Origin: Candidatus Thorarchaeota archaeon
GTDB taxonomy: Archaea > Asgardarchaeota > Thorarchaeia > Thorarchaeales > Thorarchaeaceae
Length of the DNA stretch: 64,000 bases
Assembly (NCBI GenBank): GCA_020348985.1
Contig: CP070761.1
Span: 979,713-1,043,712 of the forward strand
Direction of reading: 5' to 3'
Shown here: piece after piece, positions 38,582 to 46,697 of the stretch
Layout: every line of letters starts with the position of its first letter
How positions within the stretch are numbered: position 1 is the first letter of the stretch
Position numbers and translations under genes: made by a program
Notes under the pieces: generated by a model
Databases searched by the model: none
Seen by the model: the letters and a program-made list of their open reading frames with translations, nothing else
What the model was told of the DNA's origin: nothing

Positions 38582-39667
38582 TCAAACCAGATCGGTGTAG
38601 TCCACTCCACGAGCACGCACCTTCGCCTTTGTCCACTCCCATAGAGATTCTGGGGGGGTAGTCCTCTCACTTGGGTCCCGTAATATGAGACTCAATGCAT
38701 TCTCAGGGCAGACGACCGAACACACCCCACACCCAACACACCGCACATGATCCACTTGGCAAAGATCATCAACAATGGACAAGGCGTCGAACTGGCATCT
38801 GTCAATGCATGATTCGCAGCCCGTGCATGTGCTGTCATCAACATTCGCAAAATAGTCTGATTTCAAAAAGGCATGGGGCTGACCCCATTCCGCGGCCCCT
38901 CTAAGCATGGTGCAGCAGCACGTACAACAGTTGCAGATGTAGCTATGTCCCTTCTGCGCATTCATTGAGCAATGAATCAACCCGTCCTCTTCTGCCTGAT
39001 GGAGTATCCTAATCGCCTCATCTTTGGAGATCGGTTTTGTCAGTGGATCGTCATCATAGGCATTCTCGCGTCTAGGGGCGATGAGTAGACAGACAGAGGT
39101 GGGATACTTGCACTGCTCACCAAGAATGCCCTTATGATTCTTGCAGGCACATTCTCGAAGACCCCACGATTTTGCGCTCTCTAGAATCTTCTCAGCAACT
39201 TCGTAGGGATAAACCTCAAGCTCGGCTTTAACAGCCCGATTCACTGGAATAACCTTGAAGATAGGAGGCTCGGTGGTGAACAGTCCATCGCCTCGGCCCT
39301 TCTGAAAGTATTGCTCAACAAGCTCCGCAAATTCCTCGTCGGCACGGCCCATCTGCTCTTCCCAGATTCCGCCTATGAAGACGAGTAGAGCATATCTCCT
39401 TCCTGTGCTTGAATCCCATGCCCTAATCTGCCCTTTCTTGGCCATGGCTTCAAGCTTGTCAACAAGCCCCTCCAACGGTATAGCGATTCTAGTAGACAGT
39501 TCTTCTGCGGTTTCGCCGCGGGCCTTCATCTTGCTGGCCAGGTCTGCCTCCTCTGGGGTAAAGATCCACTCAAGAACACGCAAATGCGTGCCATCCTCAA
39601 TGTGCGTGAATCCGTTTGGTAACTTGTCAAGTGTAGCAGCAAGCCGTTCATAGGGACTGGACGACAT
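38582..39667 (-). CDS. Multi-Fe-S cluster protein, paralog of 33721-34803
   Basis: Same motifs (EDGTHL.VL.WIFTPEEA, ICNCCTCCC, two ferredoxin motifs). Confidence 0.85.
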   Translation of the reverse strand: MSSSPYERLAATLDKLPNGFTHIEDGTHLRVLEWIFTPEEADLASKMKARGETAEELSTRIAIPLEGLVDKLEAMAKKGQIRAWDSSTGRRYALLVFIGGIWEEQMGRADEEFAELVEQYFQKGRGDGLFTTEPPIFKVIPVNRAVKAELEVYPYEVAEKILESAKSWGLRECACKNHKGILGEQCKYPTSVCLLIAPRRENAYDDDPLTKPISKDEAIRILHQAEEDGLIHCSMNAQKGHSYICNCCTCCCTMLRGAAEWGQPHAFLKSDYFANVDDSTCTGCESCIDRCQFDALSIVDDLCQVDHVRCVGCGVCSVVCPENALSLILRDPSERTTPPESLWEWTKAKVRARGVDYTDLV

Positions 39668-39924
39668 GGGGGGTCAACACTTCGAAAGCAATCCTACGGA
39701 TATTTCTTGTTGTAAAGGCGGCACTCCTAACGCATGAAGTAGCCGGCGTAGCCAAGTGATGAATCCGGGTACAGAGTTTCCAGGTCTATCGGTCAAGAGA
39801 GCAAAGTGAGTTTATGTACACGGTCATTACAGCACGGCGCCCAGTAGAATTCGCGGAGTTCGATATCCTCTTATCGAATCTGTGCGAGTTATACTGTTCC
39901 AATTGCGGTTTGGGAGGTGATAGA

Positions 39925-40212
39925 ATGAAGTACGTTGTGTTCTGGGAATACAATCCAAACGAGATCGATAGTGCGGTCAAGAAGCTCAAAGCTTTCAGAG
40001 AAGAGGTCAAGAAGAACCCGGAGAAATACGCGAAACCGCTAACTCCAAACTACACAATGAGTGTTGGGTTCAAGGGATTCCAGATATTCGAGTCTGACGA
40101 CCCTGAACAGCTAGCAAGAATGGTGCTTCACTACAGACCTGAAGTGAAATTCGAGATTGTACACATCACTGAAACAAAGAAGACCGTCAGTCTCTATGAC
40201 GAATACAAATAA
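39925..40212 (+). CDS. Small DUF3303-like protein
   Basis: GGAGGTGA SD before ATG at 39925; MKYVVFWE...KGFQIFE.DD.EQL pattern. Confidence 0.65.
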   Translation: MKYVVFWEYNPNEIDSAVKKLKAFREEVKKNPEKYAKPLTPNYTMSVGFKGFQIFESDDPEQLARMVLHYRPEVKFEIVHITETKKTVSLYDEYK

Positions 40213-40342
40213 TGATGACCAAAACGAAGCACCATCCTTTTCTCAGAGCTTGTCTCCTGTCATGCATTATTCCACTCAGAATTTGAAGTGAGGGAGCAAC
40301 TAGGATATGTCAGTCAAGTTAGGGATAACTAACTGAACTTAT

Positions 40343-40789
40343 CTAACGTTCAACTCTAACCACGGACTCAAAGTCACTCACAATATACATCTTGTCAATG
40401 CCTACCTTCACAATGGCGCAGTCATCTGATTCGACAAAGTTCCGTAGACCTGGATGTCTTGCAAGCAAGAACTCGGCCAATTCTTGGCGGGATTTGCCGG
40501 ACACATCTTCTGCATCTCCAATAAGAGCGACCGAGATTGTTTCCTCGAAATCCGATGGTCTGTTCTTCCTATTATCAATCATGAGTGTAACTCGGGGGTT
40601 TTCAATCATGTTTCTGTACTTCAACCTCTTCCGCTTGGTGGCGAACACAATTGATCCATAGTCCTCAGTGACAGAGAATGCAACTAAGCTGAGGTAGGGA
40701 TCTCCTTCACCTCTTGTACCCAGAACAGCAAATAGCTGGTCTCTGTATAGGTCGCCTAATCGTGATTGGTCCGAATCGCTGATCTTCAT
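40343..40789 (-). CDS. Pyridoxamine 5'-phosphate oxidase-like split-barrel protein
   Basis: AVL.T....PY.SLVAF and F.T....KY.N...NP.V...ID.R motifs. Confidence 0.85.
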   Translation of the reverse strand: MKISDSDQSRLGDLYRDQLFAVLGTRGEGDPYLSLVAFSVTEDYGSIVFATKRKRLKYRNMIENPRVTLMIDNRKNRPSDFEETISVALIGDAEDVSGKSRQELAEFLLARHPGLRNFVESDDCAIVKVGIDKMYIVSDFESVVRVER

Positions 40790-40893
40790 CTTGGCACACC
40801 TTTATGTTCGGTGTTGAGTAAATCAGACACAACGACGTACAGCCGAACAGATTAGTATTGTTGCCCATCTGCAAATGCTTATATTAACTCCGT

Positions 40894-40909
40894 ATTAACT
40901 ATAGTTAAT
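40894..40909. promoter_or_regulatory. Perfect 16-bp palindrome, putative operator
   Basis: ATTAACTATAGTTAAT lies between a TATA-like CTTATAT and the start codon of the 40910 gene. Confidence 0.6.
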
Positions 40910-41941
40910 TTGATGGGTGTGTTAAAAGTGAGAAAAGAGATAGCCATCGTAGTTCTGGTTTCATTCGCATTGCTAGCTTTGACCAGTACTGCAGCGGCGC
41001 ATGTCCCAATTGGCATAGGCACAGGAGATACGCTCGATGATGCGGTTGAGATTCCTGACGCCACAAAATCCTGGGTAATCTACTCTGAAGTGCATGAGGC
41101 AAGTGAAGGCCATTACTATAGATTTCACATGCATCAAGGAGAACGTATTCGATTCACACTCATGATTCCGAACTATATGTCTGATACTGGATTTGCACCC
41201 GGAGCAGTCTTGATGGGACCGGGCTTGGTCAACCAAGGTGTCGCGCCCTCCTATGTTGAAGTAGCCAACGGCACCGGAGTCATTGTTATAGAAGGTGTTG
41301 ATCCAGAGCACGCCGAGTATGAAGGTTTCACTCCCAGCACCTTCAGAGTTGTGGTAGATGTTAACATTATTGCTCCTGAAAGCGGGGAGTATTACTTAGT
41401 GGTACATGATGCTGACATGGGAGGCCCTTTTGGCATGGCAATTGGCTACGTGGAGTCGTTCACACTTGATGAGTGGATACTAGTTCCTGTCAACGTCATA
41501 GGGATATACCTTTGGCAAGGACAGAGTCTTGCTATTGTCTTTGCTCCTATGCTTGCCACAGTCATCGTGGGACTCTGGGTGGTCGCGACAAAGAAGAATG
41601 AAGATTTGAAAGATGGAGGGCTGACAAGCTGGCTCGGCTTGCTGGCAGGCGTGCTATTCTTGGGTAGTGCGGCTTCATTCGGATTTCAGATTGTCTATTC
41701 AGCTCTGCAATCAGCAGCTTCGGCACAGATCTTGATCTCCGTGCTCTTTGCACTGATTCCAGCGATACTCGGACTGATGACGATTCGAATAGTTCTTGAC
41801 GGAGAAGCATTTCAGAAGAAATCGGGTCAAATCAAGCTAGTAGGAATCGGGATTCTCTCTCTATTCGGTTGGGCAGGACTTCTAATTGGACCTGTCCTCG
41901 CAGTTGCGGCTGGTTCCATCAAATACGCCAACACGCGCTAG
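40910..41941 (+). CDS. Signal-peptide protein with extracellular domain and C-terminal TM helices
   Basis: Signal peptide ending AAA|HVP, beta-rich domain with YEGFTP motif, about 4-5 C-terminal TMs. Confidence 0.75.
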   Translation: MMGVLKVRKEIAIVVLVSFALLALTSTAAAHVPIGIGTGDTLDDAVEIPDATKSWVIYSEVHEASEGHYYRFHMHQGERIRFTLMIPNYMSDTGFAPGAVLMGPGLVNQGVAPSYVEVANGTGVIVIEGVDPEHAEYEGFTPSTFRVVVDVNIIAPESGEYYLVVHDADMGGPFGMAIGYVESFTLDEWILVPVNVIGIYLWQGQSLAIVFAPMLATVIVGLWVVATKKNEDLKDGGLTSWLGLLAGVLFLGSAASFGFQIVYSALQSAASAQILISVLFALIPAILGLMTIRIVLDGEAFQKKSGQIKLVGIGILSLFGWAGLLIGPVLAVAAGSIKYANTR

Positions 41942-42037
41942 AAGAGGATTTTCAGCATCTCCAATATCCTAGAAAACCTTTACTGGGACAACATCGACTA
42001 CTCTAATGATTGAATCAATCGTTAGGGTGGTCATGCA

Positions 42038-43237
42038 TTGAGAGTATGCAAGTGTGGAAAAGCGAACAACCCGACACGGAAATTCTGTGTTCGGTGTGGC
42101 GCGAATCTCATTACTCAAGCCATGGAGGAAGAACCAGCGAAGGAAGCTGTGGCTCCTGTTAAGGCAGAAACAACCCCACCTGCAGCAGAGGTGGCTACGA
42201 CTGCACCTAGGACACCCCCGGCTGAATCCGCACCCGAAAGAATGGTTCGACCAAGTGAAGTCAATCAAGATAGAATGAGGAGAACGGAACCCAAAGTCAA
42301 GTCAGAATTGGAAAAGGCAAGGGAGGCCTTTGCTAGGGCAGAAGAGGTAGGTATAGAAGAAGGAGGAGAGGGTATCGTCGAATCCAGAATGCTCCGGGCT
42401 AGTGAAGTGCGGGAGCTCCTGGAGAAGGCAGAGGATTTCGCAGTCCAAGTGGAACCTCCTGTGCCGGAAGCACCATCAGAAGGAGTAACAACGCCTGCAG
42501 CACCAGCGGTACCTACATCTAGAGATCTTGAGGAGAGCATTCTTGGTTCAAAGTCTGTACTCGTGGAACATGATGAACCTGTTGTGGAAGCCGCACCTGA
42601 ACCAGAGCCATATGTTGAACCAATTGTGCAACCAGAACCCGCTGCAGCACCACCTCCCGAACCTGCTGCTCCAGTGACACCTGTGGAGTCTAGGCCTGAA
42701 CCAATTGTCGAAGCGGCAGCTCCACCACCTAAGCCCGAACCTGTCGTTGAAGTTGCTCCGGCAAAAGCTCCGACTACCGAGGCGGTCCCAGCAGTTGTGC
42801 CGGAGGTCAGTGAGATTGAGATGAAGATTCTTGACACTGACTATCTAAATGACAAGAAGATCAACGGCTCTTTGACAGATTTGAGGCATCTCTACACGGA
42901 GTTGAAACATGTCCAATCCGAATTGGAGGATGTTACTACTCGTCAGGACGAAATAGTTCAGCAGTACCGCAACGATATGGAAGTCAAGAGAGTACGCTAC
43001 GAGGGTCTGAGAGAGCAGACCCTGGCGGCCAAGGACGAGTGGAAAGACGCAGAGAAAGAACTCGAGCTATCTGACAAGCGGAGAACGAAGGAGATCTTGA
43101 GCAGGCGGAAGCGCCTGGAGAAGATCGATTCCGGCATAAAGAAGGGTAAATCCACGATCGAGAAGCGGGTCCGTGACCTTGACAAGGAGAAAGAGAAACG
43201 CGCGGAGAAGGCAAAGAAGCTAGCCGAAAAGAAGTAA
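42038..43237 (+). CDS. Zinc-ribbon, Pro/Glu/Ala-rich linker and coiled-coil protein
   Basis: CKCG..N....KFC..CG N-terminus, EP[VI]V repeats, heptad-rich charged C-terminus. Confidence 0.8.
   Translation: MRVCKCGKANNPTRKFCVRCGANLITQAMEEEPAKEAVAPVKAETTPPAAEVATTAPRTPPAESAPERMVRPSEVNQDRMRRTEPKVKSELEKAREAFARAEEVGIEEGGEGIVESRMLRASEVRELLEKAEDFAVQVEPPVPEAPSEGVTTPAAPAVPTSRDLEESILGSKSVLVEHDEPVVEAAPEPEPYVEPIVQPEPAAAPPPEPAAPVTPVESRPEPIVEAAAPPPKPEPVVEVAPAKAPTTEAVPAVVPEVSEIEMKILDTDYLNDKKINGSLTDLRHLYTELKHVQSELEDVTTRQDEIVQQYRNDMEVKRVRYEGLREQTLAAKDEWKDAEKELELSDKRRTKEILSRRKRLEKIDSGIKKGKSTIEKRVRDLDKEKEKRAEKAKKLAEKK
42575..42760 (+). repeat. Imperfect intragenic repeats encoding EP[VI]V[EQ] and AAAPPP motifs
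   Basis: GAACC(T/A)(G/A)T(T/C)GT occurs four times. Confidence 0.5.
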
Positions 43238-43280
43238 TGGACCCATCGTCCCATACAAATCTTGCTGGAGGGCAGTTCTA

Positions 43281-43664
43281 GTGGCGCTCACAGAAACAGT
43301 AGTGACTATTGCACTCGCCATGATTACGATGGTCGTCTCGATTGTCGTGGGCCATGTTCTTGGTCGTGGTCGAGGCACAGGGTGCCTCCTTTCGCTTCTA
43401 ACAGGCGGCTTGGTTCTGCCAGTAATCTTCAGCATTGTACTTGTTCAGCTCACTCCATATATGATTGTACTTGACTGGCCTACTGGAAGTCCGTTTCTAT
43501 TGCCACCACCCTTCGCAATCTGGATGGGCGGAATCATAGGCGGGATTCTAGGATGGAAGACCTCGGACTTATGGAATCAGGATGAGGACACTAGCTGCCT
43601 ATACTGCACTTTGGTTCCTGTTCTATTGGTGACTGCCGTCTCCTTGATTGCTTTGCTACTGTGA
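43281..43664 (+). CDS. Hypothetical 4-TM membrane protein
   Basis: Hydrophobic ORF downstream of the 42038 gene on the same strand. Confidence 0.6.
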   Translation: MALTETVVTIALAMITMVVSIVVGHVLGRGRGTGCLLSLLTGGLVLPVIFSIVLVQLTPYMIVLDWPTGSPFLLPPPFAIWMGGIIGGILGWKTSDLWNQDEDTSCLYCTLVPVLLVTAVSLIALLL

Positions 43665-43728
43665 AAATGATAGGAAAAAGGAGATTTCGAAGGCAGGCCT
43701 TGCAGCCCACCTTCTGAAACTATGGCGT

Positions 43729-44868
43729 CTAAATGCACCTGTGGATGACTTCTGGTCCTGCCTCTTCGAACTCCTTTCGAGTGACCCACATCTTCTGGAA
43801 TGTCTTGAGTGAAGCAAGAATGCTTCCGCCAATCCAGACAGAATATTGTCTCTCGGGTGGAGCAATGATTCGGACCTCGACGTTCTCAGGTACGAGCTCA
43901 GTGATCTCCTTGTGGAGTCGCTCCTTGAGACCTGGGAACATGGTTGACCCGCCCGACAGTACGACGTTTGCGTACAGGTCACGTCGCAGGTCGACGTCAC
44001 AGTCCTTGATAGACTGGACAATGTGCTCATCCAGTGGTTGGGTATCAAGCCCAATTCCACTTGGGTTGAAGAACAACTCGGGTGCTTGGAACCTCTCCGC
44101 ACCAACTGTGATTACCTCACCGTCAGGTAGCATGTAGGGTTTATCAACACCAGCCTTGTCAGCGACAGTCCTTTCCCTCTCGGGATCGAGAGCCACGTAA
44201 CATAGCTTCTCCTTGATGTCTCTTACTATCTCCTTTTCAGCACCGCTCACGAAAGTTCTACCTCTCTGCCTGAGCAGCCTGCGGAGATACTCGGTAATGT
44301 CTCTTCCAGCCAAATCGATTCTTCGGATGGCGTGTGTAATTGCAAAGCCCTCATAGATTGGGACTATGTGGGTAACACCATCACCAGAGTCGATGACTAG
44401 ACCGGTTGTTCTTCCAGACGCATACAGTGAGAGCACTGCCTGTGTTGCAACGTACACAGCTGGTACATTGAACTGGTCAAACATGACAGATGCCATGCGC
44501 TCTCTGTTTTCTCGTGGGTTGAATGGCGCCTCGGTTAGCAAGACTGGGTTCTCGCTCGGGTCAACTTTGAGATCGTTATAGAACGTATACGACCAAATCT
44601 TCTCGATAGCATCCCAGTCGTCGATGACACCATGTGTGATTGGGTAGACCAGTCGTAGGACACCTCGGAGGTTGATTGCTTCTTCTCCAATGTAGTAGTC
44701 CCTTGTGTAGTGGTCCACGTCGGTCATGATGGATTCATATCTAGGATATCCTATCAGGGTCGGCCATACGCTTCGCGGCTGATCTTCGCCAGCGTAACCA
44801 TTCTTGCTGAGACCGGTACCGTTGTCGATAACAACGGGCTTTGCGCCAAGAAATTCGTCTTCAGCCAT
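43729..44868 (-). CDS. Asgard actin (eukaryote-like actin)
   Basis: [85 protein letters not shown] and IHRC motifs. Confidence 0.97.
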   Translation of the reverse strand: MAEDEFLGAKPVVIDNGTGLSKNGYAGEDQPRSVWPTLIGYPRYESIMTDVDHYTRDYYIGEEAINLRGVLRLVYPITHGVIDDWDAIEKIWSYTFYNDLKVDPSENPVLLTEAPFNPRENRERMASVMFDQFNVPAVYVATQAVLSLYASGRTTGLVIDSGDGVTHIVPIYEGFAITHAIRRIDLAGRDITEYLRRLLRQRGRTFVSGAEKEIVRDIKEKLCYVALDPERERTVADKAGVDKPYMLPDGEVITVGAERFQAPELFFNPSGIGLDTQPLDEHIVQSIKDCDVDLRRDLYANVVLSGGSTMFPGLKERLHKEITELVPENVEVRIIAPPERQYSVWIGGSILASLKTFQKMWVTRKEFEEAGPEVIHRCI

Positions 44869-45187
44869 TTTCTATCGGTCCTCATTTTCTTTCAGAAATC
44901 TAAATCCCTGCGCTGAGCTTTAAGAGCTCTATGCTGGCAGAATATGGCTTCCCCACGTATTTAAGCGTTATTTGGATACTGACAGATAGATTAGAGATAT
45001 ATCTAACATATGTAGGTCGAGTAGGTTGGCGAATTATGCCCTGAAATCTTCATAGACAGCATTTCCGCACTCGACTATGCTGTGGAAGAAAATGAACTGC
45101 TATCATGAACAAGTATGAAATTCTCACCACTGTTCCGTGCACACACTATGCAGAAGATGATTATATATAGTTCGTATATGTGTCTAA

Positions 45188-45988
45188 ATGATGAGCGTAA
45201 TGTTCTGGACTACTCCTGATGAAGTCATAAGAAGAGAAATCGAGAGCGTCCGTGCCCGTCGAATGATACTTGACCAGCTTGAGGGAGGTCCGAAGACTGG
45301 GTCTGAGCTTCGAGAGAGCATTCGAAAGGACATGGCTGCCCAAGCTGCAAGGAAAGGCGGACGGAGGTTCAAACCGGACAAGATCAAGGTGACAGATCCC
45401 AAGCTCTACTTCAATACGAAACACTTGGAAGACATTGGGATAGTCATGAGTCAAAAAGAGTCGCAACAGAGAGTCTTCAGTCTAGCTCCAAAGGCAGTCC
45501 ATCCAGTCCGCCGCGTCATTGGAGTGACTAGACCCAACCTTCTTCTGACATCCATGGCACGTCCAGAAGACCAGAGGCCATTTGTTGCATGGGTCTCTAG
45601 TGAGAGACGATTCAGGGCGAAAGCAGTCAAGATATTCGTCGAGGCTGAGCGGTTCTCCAGAGGGGTCTCAAGAAACCTGGAGAAGTTTGTCCCAGAGGGC
45701 TCCAGAACCAGATGGAAAGCAGATTGGTATGATCTTCCTATCGAAGTCGCTGGTGACAATGAGAGTGGAGTGAGAGGAGATCTCATAGCAACCTATGACG
45801 AGATTGAAGAAGCTGTTAAGGAAGACGTTGGAGAGTTTGACATAGTTGTGGACTTGTCCAGGGGCCCGCCCACAATCAACATAGCCCTGATGCTAGTGGC
45901 CATGGAATACTCGCTGATGGCGATTCATGCATCAGCCTACGAGGGAGAAAAAACAGACCTCACACAGATTCTACCAAGGGGTGAGTGA
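45188..45988 (+). CDS. Winged-HTH (PadR/ArsR-like) fused to a C-terminal CARF-like Rossmann domain
   Basis: RRMILDQL..GPKTGSEL...KLY...HLE..GIV wHTH; DL...YDEI.EAV.E...IVVDLSRG...NIALML.A CARF-like core. Confidence 0.65.
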   Translation: MMSVMFWTTPDEVIRREIESVRARRMILDQLEGGPKTGSELRESIRKDMAAQAARKGGRRFKPDKIKVTDPKLYFNTKHLEDIGIVMSQKESQQRVFSLAPKAVHPVRRVIGVTRPNLLLTSMARPEDQRPFVAWVSSERRFRAKAVKIFVEAERFSRGVSRNLEKFVPEGSRTRWKADWYDLPIEVAGDNESGVRGDLIATYDEIEEAVKEDVGEFDIVVDLSRGPPTINIALMLVAMEYSLMAIHASAYEGEKTDLTQILPRGE

Positions 45989-46697
45989 CCTGAACACAAG
46001 GCGAGCCTCTGATCTTGAGTGGGTTCCATTTGGGCTCACAGAGAAGCTTGAGACACTGACAACGGCAGTCATAGAATCTCAGAGAGAGGCCCCTTCACAG
46101 AATACACGACTGGTCTCGAAGCTGATGAAATGGTCTAAGCAGCTGGAGTACATTCGCTTAGCAGTCGATAAGATTACCCATGATTTGCAACCAGAAGTTC
46201 AGAATGCTCTTGGCTTGATTATTGAAGAGACCGAGCTATTTCAAATAATCATGTTTCAGCCCAGCACGAAGAATCTGTTTCTGGAAATCAAGGCTCACTA
46301 TCTGGCCGAGTCAGAACTGCCATTGACCGAGAGACAGATGGAGTTCCTTATTTCAACAAGTGAACTGTCCAGGGTCATTGCCCTTGTTGGGGATGGTGCA
46401 ATATCCATGGCAGTACTTCATCAGCTTTGGAGCCCCGAATCTGATGAAGTTGGGACCATGACTGAAAGAAGGGCAGGCGTTGTGAGCAATGAGAATCTTG
46501 CCAGGGTATGTGATAGATGGAATCTGTATGAACATAGAATCCACTTCGATCCTCCAACGCCCACCAAATCCGAGATTGAACATATCAAAGGGACACTTGT
46601 GGAAGCCGTTTATGGGATCATATACATAGAAAGAGGGCTTGATGGAGTGAAGGACAGCATTCGTCATCTCAAAATGGCCAGCAATGATGTTGACTAG
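45981..46697 (+). CDS. Ribonuclease III family protein without dsRBD (Mini-III-like)
   Basis: IALVGDGAI, VVSNENLA..C and GTLVEAVYGIIY..RG motifs; GTG start overlaps the upstream stop. Confidence 0.75.
   Translation: MSDLNTRRASDLEWVPFGLTEKLETLTTAVIESQREAPSQNTRLVSKLMKWSKQLEYIRLAVDKITHDLQPEVQNALGLIIEETELFQIIMFQPSTKNLFLEIKAHYLAESELPLTERQMEFLISTSELSRVIALVGDGAISMAVLHQLWSPESDEVGTMTERRAGVVSNENLARVCDRWNLYEHRIHFDPPTPTKSEIEHIKGTLVEAVYGIIYIERGLDGVKDSIRHLKMASNDVD

Noticed and set aside
39740-39872. tRNA-like fragments (GCCGGCGTAGCCAAGTG and GGAGTTCGATATCCTC) and a GTGATGA box
   Set aside because: No D-stem closure, anticodon arm or matching 3' acceptor strand; C/D boxes too degenerate
42265-42837. 190-aa Gly/Thr/Ser-rich minus-strand ORF
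   Set aside because: Antisense shadow of the Pro/Glu/Ala-rich region of the real gene
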